A stretch of DNA of 64,000 nucleotides from Octopus vulgaris (Eukaryota). Under the pieces are notes generated by a model. It searched no databases and was not told where the DNA came from. It saw nothing but the letters and a program-made list of their open reading frames with translations. The stretch is from positions 55,304,001-55,368,000 of the forward strand of contig OX597817.1 in the NCBI GenBank assembly GCA_951406725.2, written 5' to 3'. The stretch's first letter is position 1. Each line of letters begins with the position of its first letter. The translations under genes were made by a program, and so were the position numbers. This document shows, one piece after another, positions 40,623 to 53,700 of the stretch.

Positions 40623-41199
40623 GTCTGAAAATGTTAAAACAGTTTCCCCTCCCCCTCCCTATTTGGCACCCGTTTGAAGTAGTAAGGCACGGAAAATGAA
40701 CGTATAACTTTAAAAATCACCTTCCAACGATTTTATCCAGCTGTCGACTTTGAGAAAGAAGTCGAAATTCTTTTTAAAGTTTGGAAGTAAATTCGACATA
40801 CACGAACTCTTGAAGCTGATTAAGAGAGTACTACATTAAACGAATGTGTATAACATTGTACAGCCTCTGTCGGTGACGAAGCTTCTCTGTCTTTACTGAC
40901 ATCGACTTATCCCCTAAACCTTTCTTGAAAAGCTTTTTTTTTTTCTCATCAACAAATCGCAAAACGTGTGATAGTTAAGATTTCATTCGAAGGTCTGTAG
41001 TCTCACCAAACATAACGGCAACAAAAGCTGTTTTTTTTTCGACCATTGGCTTAATTACACCTTCACTTGTAATAACTAGGCAATTAAATGATTTCGTTTT
41101 CAATATCACTTCAAAGTTGAGAAAATGTGTTCGTATACTGACAGACCAACAGACATGGGAAACAGAAAAATTTGTCCAGAATGGGTCATCTCGTCATTC

Positions 41200-41590
41200 A
41201 CTCAGACTGTGTGGAAGCACTCCGTCGGTTACGACGATGAGGGTTCCGGTTGATCCGATCAACGGACAGCCTGCTCGTGAAATTAACGTGTAAGTGGCTG
41301 AGCACTCCACAAACACGTGTACCCTTAACGCAGTTCTCGGGGATATTCAGCGTGACACAGAGAGTGACAAGGCCGGCCCTTTGAAATGCAGGTACAACAG
41401 AAACAGGAAGTAAGAGTGAGAGAAAGTTGTGGTGAAAGAGTACAGCAGGGATCACCACCATCCCTGCCGGAGCCTCGTGGTGCTTTAGGTGTTTTCACTC
41501 AATAAACACTCACAACGCCCAGTCTGGGAATCGAAACCGCGATCCTACGACCGCGAGTCCGCTGCCCTAACCACTGGGCCATTGCGCCTC
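41200..41590 (-). mobile_element. tRNA-derived SINE family C
   Basis: Head ggaggcgcaatggcccagtggttagggcagcggactcgcggtc...ggtttcgattccc with A and B boxes. Other copies at 35847-36115(+) and 60424-60722(+). Confidence 0.8.
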
Positions 41591-42025
41591 CTTACTCAGA
41601 CTATTCTTTCAATCAAAGTAACGATGACATTCCTTGCTGCCTATCTCGGTTTTGATTTTCAACTTAAGCTTTGGTTTCTCTTTTCCAAGAATGATAATAT
41701 TCTTCTTGTCTGTTTGAAAGTTGGGGAAAGTAGAAAGAAAACTGATGTAATTGACCCTTTTGCCATCCTGGGGGGTTATTGAATGCATGAAAAATTCTCC
41801 TGGGTTATAATGGTTTTAGATAAATCGAAGCCTTATGTTAATATATAATTTATATATAATTTAACTTTAAATATTTGATATTAAATATTTAATATTAATT
41901 AATATATAATTTAATTCTTAAATATTTAAAATTAAATTTTAAAGCATTGGCATGGACGAATGGATGAAAACTTTACTTTTTAATCATACACAAATGAATA
42001 ATAACAGACGATGGATAAACGTCAG

Positions 42026-42112
42026 CTCGTTACAGCTGTTTCTTACACATTTTTTAAATAGAAGAATGAGAACATTACATCACTTGAATAAACCGTAATC
42101 ATCAGATCAAAA
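42026..42112 (-). ncRNA. type I hammerhead ribozyme motif, weakened stem I
   Basis: Minus strand: ttttgat-CTGATGA-ttacg...tgtaa-GAAACAGCTGTA-acgag. Core and stem II closing pairs are intact; stem I needs a bulge and G-U pairs. Confidence 0.6.
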
Positions 42113-42868
42113 ATAATTTCAAACCAATAGAATATACAAAGAACACAGTGGGAACATGCCTCAAGCCGGCCGAAGCTGACCATGAAATGGGAGAAAAACC
42201 AACAAAAAGACTGGTTTATTTCAGAGACTGGAGATGTGTAGGCAATTATTGTGTAACTTATTATACTAAGCTTCAAAAACTGGGTAGCAGGGAATGAATC
42301 GAAGTAAGAAAATATAAATAGATATATGCATAAGTAAAGCCAATTAAGGGCAGGGCCGGGATGTAGCAAGCCCTTGCTAAAGATTTAAGCTCAAAGAGAG
42401 GAGGGGAGAGACACGTACAGAATTACAATGGGTGGTAGTTGTCTTTGGGGGATTGTAGAAGGGAACTGAAATACTTAGTTTTAACATTTGTGGAATGGTA
42501 GTGTTTTGTGTGATTATTATATCTGGTAGAGCAAAATAGAGGTAGGATGTTGGTGTAGAGACAAATATGATATTTGGGTGAGTGAAATCCACTTGTAATA
42601 AGAAGACGAGTGTAATTGGAATGGAGTTATCACTGTTACAAATGACGGGGAATGTCGGGGAATGTCGTAGTAATAGTGTACTAGTCAACATTTTCATTAA
42701 GGAATTCGAGGAATAAAAGGGTTACCCTCATTATTACCTAATAAAAGAGTTATCCTCATTATTCATTATTAAATAATTTAATACCCTGAAACAACTAGTT
42801 AACGAATAAAGATTAAACAGTATACATATACATGCGTATGTTGGTGTGTGTGCAAATCTCTCTCTCGC

Positions 42869-42903
<35 letters not shown>

Positions 42904-43240
42904 CACACACAGACTGATACTTATACATGTAAACGTGTATCTCTATACTGAAAGTGTTTCCCCCTCTCGTATGATTAAGAGTTGCTTATAATTACTGTTC
43001 CTACGAAAGCCATTCGGTTTAGCCGAAAATATGGTATTTTGCGTCTGTAATTCTGTGCAACACTTTTACCTAGATTACCTATACGAGTCCACCTCTCATG
43101 TTTGGCATTTTCATTTGTTTAATTTATTTTGTAATGATGCAATTTTTCATTGCCCAAAATTTATTTATGTAAAACTTTTATCAACAGATCAAGATTTTGT
43201 AAGTTATTCTCTCATACATGTACTTCTGAAGCTTTTGTAA

Positions 43241-43669
43241 CAGGGCCGGATTAAGACCCATGAAGGCCCTAATTACTTCAAAGGTTTTGGTCCCCTCTCC
43301 CTATATTTGTAACTCAAAATATAAACAATAATGAGCCATAAAATAAATTATTTGTCAAAATGAAACAAAACTAAGAGAAAGATGGAAAATAATGTTTATT
43401 TTTGTCTACTTCCACTTTATTTACATATGAAAAGTGTTTCTCCTACTTTTTATAATCGCAAAGTCTTTGATCAGATTCTCAAAATTAAATTGATGTGTTA
43501 GAGATAGGCGCAAGAGTGGCTGTGTAGTAAGTAGCTTGCTTACCAACCACGTGGTTCCTGATTCAGTCATACTACGTGGCAGCTTGGGGAAGTGTCTTCT
43601 ACTATGGCCTCAGGCCGACCAAAACCTTGTGAGTGGATTCGATATATGGAAACTGAAAGAAGCCCGTCG

Positions 43670-43738
<69 letters not shown>

Positions 43739-43897
43739 TAAGCAATAAAGGGTTTAAACGAATTCCTACCACAGACCGAATTTAGAAATAGCAGTCAAAG
43801 AGTTATAGCTATTTCTTCTACTAAAAGGAGATCTCAGTAAAAAACACAGCAATTGGAAGGCAGACACAAACGAGGTAGAATAAGTACAATTTTAAGT

Positions 43898-43928
<31 letters not shown>

Positions 43929-44460
43929 CATATGTGTTTAGCGGTTCGGCATAAGAGACCGATAGAATAAGTACTGGGCTTACAAAGAATAAGTCCCGGG
44001 GTCGATCTCCTCGATTAAAGGCGGTGCTACACCAGCATGGCCGCAATCAAAATGACTGAAACAAGTAAAAGAGTATAAGAATAAAAAGAATATATGTATT
44101 ATTTTAGTGTGTGTGTGTTTGTACCCCCAACATGGCTTGAAAACCGATGCTAGTGTTTTTACGTTCCCGTAACTTAGCGGTTCGGCAAAAGAGACGGATA
44201 GAATAAGTACTAGGCTCACAAAGAATAAGTCCTGGGGTCGATTTGCTTGACTAAAGGCTGTACACCAGCATGGCCGCAATCAAAATGACTGAAACAAGTA
44301 AAAGAGTATAAGAATAAAAATGAATATCCCGAGTATTATTTTAGCAAGTTTAAAGTGATTTATTTTGTGCCGTAAACCATTCACCATTTCTGTGGTGGCC
44401 TACCCTACTTTTGATACCCTAAGCACGTGCTTATTTTGCTTTATCGTTAATTCGAGGCTG
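43241..44460. mobile_element. hAT-like MITE with nested SINEs
   Basis: Left end cagggccggattaag, right end ...taattcgaggctg. A second copy of the left end lies inverted at about 55410-55553. Confidence 0.55.
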
Positions 44461-44468
44461 TGTTGTCG

Positions 44469-44508
44469 TATACTGATGAGATCCAACAGACCTAAAAAAA
44501 TGTCTATA
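44469..44508 (+). ncRNA. decayed minimal hammerhead motif
   Basis: tata-CTGATGA-gatc-caaca-gacc-taaaaaaa-tgtc-tata. GAAA is mutated; stems I and II and the GTC triplet are still recognisable. Confidence 0.45.
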
Positions 44509-44775
44509 ATTGTTCAAATAAATATCTGTGATTATAAAAGCACTTCGTATATTGGTTGTTGTGTATATGAAACTCATGAAAATTTTATGAATCTATTTTT
44601 TTAATCTGTGCAAATAGAGATCATATTAGTTCCCGCATTACCTGATTTTTTTTTTTTTTGCCCTTTTACTTAGCACATATAAGTTGTTGAACTCTGTCGT
44701 GATATTTATAATCATATACAAATAAAGCATAGCTTTATATATATATATATCTATATATACATATTATAATATACA

Positions 44776-46010
44776 AGGCGGCGAGCAGCAGAAACGTTAG
44801 CACGCCGGGCGAAATGCGTAGCCGTATTTCGTCTGCCGTTACGTTGTGAGTTCAAATTCCGCTGAGGTCGACTTTGCCTTTCATCCTTTCGGGGTCGATT
44901 AGATAAGTACCAGTTGCATACTAGGGTCGATATAATCGACTTAATCCGTTTGTCTGTCCTTGTTTGTCCTCTCTGTGTTTAGACTGTTGTGGGTAATAAA
45001 GAAATAGGTATTTCGTCTGCCGTTACGTTCTGAGTTCAAATTCCGCCGAGGTCGACTTTGCCTTTCATCATTTGGGGTCGATTAAATAAGTACCAGTTAC
45101 GCACTGGGGTCGATATAATCGACTTAATCCGTTTGTCTGTCCTTGTTTGTCCTCTCTGTATTTAGCCCCTTGTGGGTAGTAAAGAAATAGGTATTTCGTC
45201 TGCCGTTAATCTCTGAGTTCAAATTCCGCCGAAGTCGACTTTGTCTTTCATCCTTTCGGAGTCGATGAATTAAGTACCAGTTGCATACTTGGGTCGATCC
45301 ACAAATTTCGGGCCTTGTGCCTAGAGTAGAAAAGGATAATGTTGTTGTTGTTAACGCGGCGAGCTGGTAGAATCGTTGACACGCGGCGCGAAATGCTTAA
45401 CAGTATTTCGTCTGTCTCTACGTTCTGAGCTCGAAATCCGCGGAGGTAGATTTCTTGTTCATAAACCAAGTACCAGTTTCGATAAAATCATTACCAGTTA
45501 TGCACTAGGGTCGATGTAATCGACTTCATTCCTTTGTCTGTTCTTGTTTGTCCTCATGTGGGTAATAAAGAAATAAGAAACGTTAGCACGCCGGGCGAAA
45601 TGCTTAGCGATATTTTGTCTACCTTTACATTCTGAGTTCAAATTCCGCCGAGGTTGACTATGCCTTTCATCCTTTCGGGGTCGATAAATTAAGTATCAGT
45701 TGCGTACTATAGTCGATGTAATCGACTGGTTGCCTCCAAAAATATTTCGAGCATTGTGCCTAGAGTAGAAAAGAATATATAAATTATATTAAGGTGGCGA
45801 GCTGGCAGAGACGTTAGCACGCCGGGCGACATGCTTAGCGGTATTTCGTCTACCTTTACGTTCTGAGATCAAGTTCCGCCGAGGTCAACTATGCCTTTCA
45901 TCCTTTCGGAGGTCAATAAATTAAGTACCAGTTGCGAACTGGGGTCGATCTAATCGACTGGTCGCCTCCCCAAAACTTTCGAGCCTTGTGCGTAGAGTAG
46001 AAAAGAATAT
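44776..46010 (+). mobile_element. SINE family B cluster (about 6 units)
   Basis: Repeated heads and cores with the recurrent junctions. Confidence 0.85.
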
Positions 46011-46631
46011 ACGATATTTAGTATTTTCTTAAATAACTAGAATATCTTAGAAATATTCTGCATTTACACTCCTACGGATGTTGTAAGTACACAAACACGA
46101 CACTTATTTTGACATTTAAGCGTGTTCTGCTCTTTCCTTTCTTCAATAAAAATCCGATCACACCGAGTTACTAGGAATTAACAATGATTATACCAGCTTT
46201 ATTTATATACTCAGGATTGAGTTCCCATCACACTTCAAAATCCGATCCTCTGCTAGCTCATCAGATTTTATTATGAATATCTGTTCAAATATGTTGTTTG
46301 CACCGTATTTCCAGTTTTGATTCAACTCGTAATTCAGTTTTGTCTTTCTCAACACGTGATGCATTTCTATACCTTTTTTTCGATGTCATCGAAAATTGGC
46401 TGATTGATTTGTGGTTCGAATGGAAGAATATCTAATGAGTTTTTAAAACTTTTTTTGCAATGTTCCGATATGAAATCCCAAAGTCGAAGATTTTCCGTTT
46501 CATCCTTTTTGAATTGATAAATACAATACCAAGAGAGGGTAAAGGATAACCATAATATTGGTTTCAGATTTTGGTAGAAGACCAGTAATTCCAATTAATT
46601 CGACCCCAATGTTTAAATGGTACTAATTCTT

Positions 46632-46960
46632 ATTCCTTTATTGCCCACAAGGGGCTAAACATAGAGGGGACAAACCAGGACAGACAAAAGGATCAAGTCG
46701 ACTATATCGACCCCAGTGCATAACTGGTACTTATTTAATCGACCCCGAAAGGATGAAAGGCAAAGTTGACATCGGCGGAATTTGAACTCAGAACGTAGCG
46801 ACAGACGAAATACCTGTAAGCATTTCGCCCGGCGTGCTAACGTTTCTGCCAGCTCGCCGCCATATATGGTACTAATTCTATCGACCCCGAAAGGATGAAA
46901 GGTAAAGCTGACTTCAGTTGAATTTGAACTCAGAACGCGAAGACGGACGAAATACAGTTA
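46632..46960 (-). mobile_element. SINE family B copy plus partial copy
   Basis: Family B core and head on the minus strand. Confidence 0.75.
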
Positions 46961-47117
46961 GCACATTGTCCAGCTACAAGCGATTCTGCCCAAGGTGCCC
47001 TGAAGTGGGATTGAATCCAGAACCATGTAGTTGGCAAGCAAGCTTCTTACCACACAACCACGCCTTCGCCTGTAAAGAAACATACATTTACACACTCACA
47101 CACACACATACACACAC

Positions 47118-47189
<72 letters not shown>

Positions 47190-47352
47190 GAACAACGACT
47201 AGAATAGGCCTAATTCGCGTCACAAATTCCAAACACTTTTGAAAAGCTAATGTGAAACCTGTAAAATGTATTCCTAGATTTGAAAATATAATTAAATTTT
47301 AATTAATTCTAATATATCTTCTCTGCATTTTCAACTTCATTTCTTTTATAAC

Positions 47353-47399
<47 letters not shown>

Positions 47400-47580
47400 T
47401 AGTGTGTAGTTGTATGTTAACGCATACAATCCTGGGGTATGTCTGCTTGTGGCTGTGTCTCTGCTTCTGTCTGTGGTATTTCTTTGTTGTTCTTCACTTA
47501 GCAGTGCATGTTGTTCTCCTCGATAGCAAAATAAATAATAAATAAATAAATAAATAAATGAATAAGTAAATAAGTAAATA

Positions 47581-47620
<40 letters not shown>

Positions 47621-48399
47621 CAAAAATATATGAATATATAATAATAATAAGAAGATGGTGAAGAACATGATGACGACGACGACGACGACGACGACGAAGA
47701 AGAAGAAGAAGAAGAAGAAGAAGAAGAAGAAGAAGAAGAAGAAGAAGAAGAAGAAGAAGAAGAACAGCAGTAGCAAGAGACTGAAGAAAAGACTAATGCC
47801 AATGTAATTGATTGCGCTACTGAAGTATTGCTCCATCATGGCCACAGACAGCGGTTGTAGCTAGAAGACAAATAACATGTGTAGATGTATGCGTATGTTT
47901 GTGTAAGCATGTGTACGTCTATATATATGTGTATAGCTGCGTGTATATATTTGTATATGTGTGTGTGTATATATATATATATATGTGTGTATTAATGTTT
48001 GTATATATATATAGGGGTATATATGTATTTTTAAAAGAATGTATTCGGGTATGTGTATGTATGTATATGTGTATATACATATATGTGCGTGTATGTATGT
48101 ATGTATGTATGTATGCACATTTGTATGAATACATACATGTATGCGTATGTATATGTATATATGCGTATATATATATATGTATTTGTATGTCTATATGCAT
48201 GTATGTTTACGTATCTACATATACGTATGCTCGTATTCGTTTACTGACACTCACCCGCACGCATTCACAGACCTGTATCACACACACACACACACACACA
48301 CACATACATATATATATATATTATGTATATATATATATACGCAGTGCTTCAGTGAGGAGACTGCAATTATAGAAAGAAGGAGACAGAAAATGCTAATCA

Positions 48400-48640
48400 A
48401 GCGCCTGGTGGGCGTGTCTGAGTTGGAAATATATGAACAGCAACCGGAGAGTAAAACTAGTGTAAGGGTGCGCGTGCGCCAGTCAACTATTCTACCAATG
48501 AATGGAGACCAACTGTTGTTATCTACTAACAGAAGCAACAGACAGTAGGAGTGGGAGAAGCAGAGCTTGTGTGAGGGTGGGAGGCGGCTGAGACTAATTG
48601 GCGGGGAAGCTCAGCGCTGGAATGTTGTAGAAACAACAGC
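48400..48640. promoter_or_regulatory. candidate promoter/enhancer island
   Basis: GC/CpG-richer unique sequence with NRF1-like tgcgcgtgcgc, ccaat/attgg, GC-box-like gggaggcgg and E2F-like ttggcgggga. Confidence 0.3.
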
Positions 48641-49087
48641 GATTCCTCGACAAAACAGAAATAGGAACTACTAATACGTTGCTACCTTAGTAGTCTTAGC
48701 ATAAATAGGACTAATAGCTTCATTTGGCGTTCTTTCGGTATTGGTCTACTGAGTGCCGGTGTGGGGAGGCCGACGCCGTTCAACCCTCTTTCTTCAGAGT
48801 AGCCTTTTTTTTTTCTATGTCATGAGAGAACGTTGTGTGGATGAATGGTGTCGAGCGCGAATTTCGAAGGATTGCTGGTTATATTACTGTTATATGGTTG
48901 ATGTTCTGGTTATGTTGTTTATTTCAAAATCAACTTCCGCCGCGCGAACTTGAAACCAAAACCAATCTTATTTTCTCTCTTTGTTCATTTGTCTATTTAT
49001 TTATTCATTTAGTTATCATGATTATTATTATTATTATTACTATTATTATTATTGTAATTATTATTGTTATTATTATTGTTATTATTA

Positions 49088-49138
<51 letters not shown>

Positions 49139-49209
49139 TTGACTAGTGCTATACATTTGTACAAGTTGGCTCCAAGTCTCACCCAGAGACCTCAAGAGAC
49201 AAGCTGGAA

Positions 49210-49263
<54 letters not shown>

Positions 49264-49387
49264 TATAGGTTTTTCTTCTTCTTTCAAATTTGCTTCCATT
49301 TCTTGCCGAGTGTCTTCCTGACTCCTAGGGCAAAGAAACTCATAGTATACACTGGTAGGCCATTAAACTAAACTCACTAGTTGGTTA

Positions 49388-49435
<48 letters not shown>

Positions 49436-49674
49436 CATTATTATTACTATTATTATTATTAAGACAGCGAGCTGGCAGAGACGTTAGCACGCTGGACGAA
49501 ATGTTTAGCAGCATTACGCACGTCCCTACGTTCTGAGTTCAAATTCCACCGTGGTCGACTTAGATTTTCATCTTTTCCGGGTGGATAGTTTAAGTACCAG
49601 TTGCTTACTAGAGTCGATCTAATCGACTGGCACCCTCCACTCAAATTTCATGCCTTTTGCCTATAGTGCGACTG

Positions 49675-49747
<73 letters not shown>

Positions 49748-51783
49748 TTATTATTTTTTTTATTATTATTTTTATTATTATGTGATTGTTTTGGAAAGGA
49801 CAAGAAACAACCGAATATATTTTTACGTTTATTTTATTTTTTATTTTATTTTCACCTTTTATTTATATTTAATCATTAGATTGCGGCCACGCAGGGTAAT
49901 CAATCATCTTAAAGTATTTAGTTAAACAAATTGACCCTTGCATTAAATACTTTATAAGTTTGATACCTTTTCTATCGATATTCTTTGCTGAACCCCCCAG
50001 TTCCTGAAAGGTACTCAAATGAACGCTCTCCTGAAACAGTAAGACAAAGACTCACGCAGTCACACACTTATATATACACATATATACATATATGTTTATG
50101 CACAAACACACACATACACGTGTATATATCTGTCTATTTATCTCTCTCTCTCTCTCTATCTATATATATATATATATATATATAATGGAAAATGGAACAA
50201 AAACGCAACAGAGGACAATAAAACATTCAGACAGATTGACGATACAAAGGCGGGTAGGAGAAACAACAGTTAGGAGGACTGACAAAAAAAGACGGGTCAT
50301 TCGTGGCCTTCTCAGTTAAGTTACCAGAAGTCCTTACAGTTTCGGGCATTTACACTTGAGAGAGTTCGATTTGGTTGCCCGCCTCCCAAAGAAGTCTAAG
50401 CTCAGAGCATTAGATTTTTTGTAAGAAAGCTAGCGAATGTGTACGGCAACAAACGCAAAAACGGAGAACATGTTACACGATTAAAAATGCAAACAACAAG
50501 AATATAACAAAGGTGTCTTTCCACTGAGGACGAATCAAATTGAGCTGCCGTGTATGAAATGAATGCCTGCGGTCGGCAGTCAGGCCAAGAAAGAAAGATC
50601 ATGGCTGGCCGGACACCGACCACGTGGAAGGTGGAGTGAGGTGTGTGTGTGTGTGTATGTGTGTGTGTGTATGCATACGTGTGTGTGCGTGTTGAGGGCG
50701 CATGGCTTAGTGGTTAGCGTATTGCGCTCACGATTGCGAGAGCCTAGTTTTGTTTCTCCGCCCGGGCGTTCGTTATGTTCTCGAGCAAAAACTATATCTC
50801 ACGCACACACACACGTACACATATGTTTATATACACATTTACGAAGAAGGCATAGATTATATAGGTATGATTGCGTAGTATTTTATGAAGAACAGACTCT
50901 GCCAGAAGAATCATACATTTATAACATTATAAAGCGGTTTTTCTCTTAAACCCATCAGTGGTAAAACACGAATATTCGATACACAGCCAATGTAACAGCA
51001 GAGGTCATCTAACGCCATCAGGCAGAAGAAGTGCACAATATTGGACTCTTCATTCTCTCGCACATGTAGCACATGTATATTTCAAAATCATAGTGACCTC
51101 AGAATAATGTTTAAATGAAAGCCACGCCATTTTCTTTTCAGTTTTGCGTTTCTCTTCAATCACAATTTACACCCAACGAATTAAAACATGAGAGTGACCT
51201 GTCATATGCATGAATCTCCTGTACCATTCTTAAATAAATGAATATGATGTAATTCAATAAAGCATTATATTCTCCCGTCAGCCAAAAACTTCCTTTATTT
51301 TCTCAAATACTAAGGGGAAAAACACAGATCATCTTTACGTTCTGTACGTTTATGACATGGCAGACTCCAAGCGCTCGCATGTCGACAGGTACACAAACAT
51401 GAGCACGCGCGCACACAAACACACAAACACACAGACACACGCACACAAGTATATCTACGCAAGCACACGCACACATACATAGTATATATATTTGTGTATA
51501 TTTACATATATATGTGTGTGTGTGTGTGTGTGTTTGTATGCATATATATACAGAGACATATATGCACATAAACACAGACACACACACACACACATAAATA
51601 TATATACTGTTATTAATCAACAGAAGTGTGGGAATGGAATGCTCAGAGAAAATATCAGAATTAATTATTACTTAATTAAATTTTAATTCGAATATTTTCT
51701 CCGTTCATTTTCAAATTTATTTCCTTTTCTCATATATACACAAACACACACACACAAACACACACACAAGCACACACACACAA

Positions 51784-51850
<67 letters not shown>

Positions 51851-52263
51851 CTCACATGCTGGCATATACATATAGTAAAAGAGCGAGGTAGAATACATCG
51901 ATCTGTTGAAACAGCTACGCAAAAACAGTGACACAAACCCCCATAAAAGGGTTCGAAAGATCACACTCAGTTTCAGAAACACCCAAAATATTAAGAGAAT
52001 ATATTTCTAACAAATCCAATACTGTAAGAAAGGAAAAAAAAAAATTAAAGCTAAAGGGAATAAAAATATTTAAAAAATAAGAAAATAGACAAAGGGAGTA
52101 AAAATTGATTTCCTTTCTGTTTATTTGACTAAGGTCTACATCAAAACGGAATAAGGAATATTTCCAGAAGACCCATATTCTGGCGAATCTAGAATGTTAA
52201 TTGGTACTGTATCAAAGGAGCATCCAGCAAGCCTATACATACATACAGGCGTACATATATATA

Positions 52264-52338
<75 letters not shown>

Positions 52339-53196
52339 CTACATATATATACATATATATATATATCTACATATATATATATATCTACATATATATATAT
52401 TCATATATATATATATATATATTCATATATATATATGTGTGTTTGTGCGTATATATATGTTTGTGTCTGTCTATATGTATATATATATATATATATGTAT
52501 CTATGTATATACATGTATATGTGTGTATGTATGTTTATTTTATATATATTTACCTATATATGCTCTCTCTATATATATGTATCTATGTATATACATGTAT
52601 ATGTGTGTATGTATGTTTATTTTATATATATTTACCTATATATGCTCTCTCTCTATATATGTATCTGTATATACATGTATGTGTGTGTATGTATGTTTAT
52701 TTTATATATATATACCTATATATACTATATATATATGTATGTGTATGCATATACAGATGCATGTAGGTATATATATGTGCACGTACATATATATATATGC
52801 ATAAATTCATACATATATGAACAAAGATACGTATACACTAAGTATACACACGCACATACACAAGCAAGTATGTAAATACGTGCATAACTGTAGCTCGTTT
52901 CTGTTGATTTCCTACGAGGTTTGGTGTTGTTAGTAGCCTGTCGAATATTTAACATTGGAAAAATGCGAAATTAAATACACGTCTAACATTGCATAGATAC
53001 AGTTAAAAAATAGTCTATACACTCACATGAATGCACATACACATACAAACACACATACTCTTATACGTATGTGTGTATATATTATATATATATATTTATA
53101 TATATATACATGAATATATTTACATATAATTATATATATCTAACTCTCTATATAAATATATAGATATAGATAGGTATATATATACATATATATAAG

Positions 53197-53270
<74 letters not shown>

Positions 53271-53439
53271 CATCTGTATAAATATGTATATATTTACATA
53301 TAATTATATATATAACTATATATATAAATATATATATAGATAGGTATATATACATATATATATATAAAAAAATATATATATATGCATACACGCTTACGGA
53401 ATAGCTTCTTATTGTGTTATACAAGTAGTTAATTTCACG

Positions 53440-53700
53440 TTATTCTGCCAATGTTAAATATACTTAATCTAGTATGGCACCAAATCTCTTTGGAATTTAA
53501 TACGTTTCTTCCGTTAATTGCCGACTCTAATACCAGTTCTTCAATTCCAGCATACATTTTTAAAGATAAGAATTTGTAGAGCACCTCGTAGCTCAGTTGC
53601 CATGGTAATTCTTTCATCTTTCGTGTCAAAAATGTGTTAAAATATACGATGTATGTGTTTGGTGAATTCAAACGTAACCGAAGTACAATGTTCTGACATG
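53440..53700 (-). mobile_element. Penelope-like element fragment, C-terminus of GIY-YIG domain
   Basis: EELVLESAINGRNVLNSKEIWCH resembles the PLE terminal motif EKLxIL...NLLNxRxEIxxxCRH. Confidence 0.5.

Noticed and set aside
44776-46010. CRISPR-like regularly repeated sequence
   Set aside because: The units are ~177-bp SINE multimers with no unique spacers and no cas genes, in a eukaryotic context.
46367-46594. 75-aa ORF with protein-like composition
   Set aside because: No recognisable motif, no ATG start or splice signals, and stops nearby; possibly a decayed TE.
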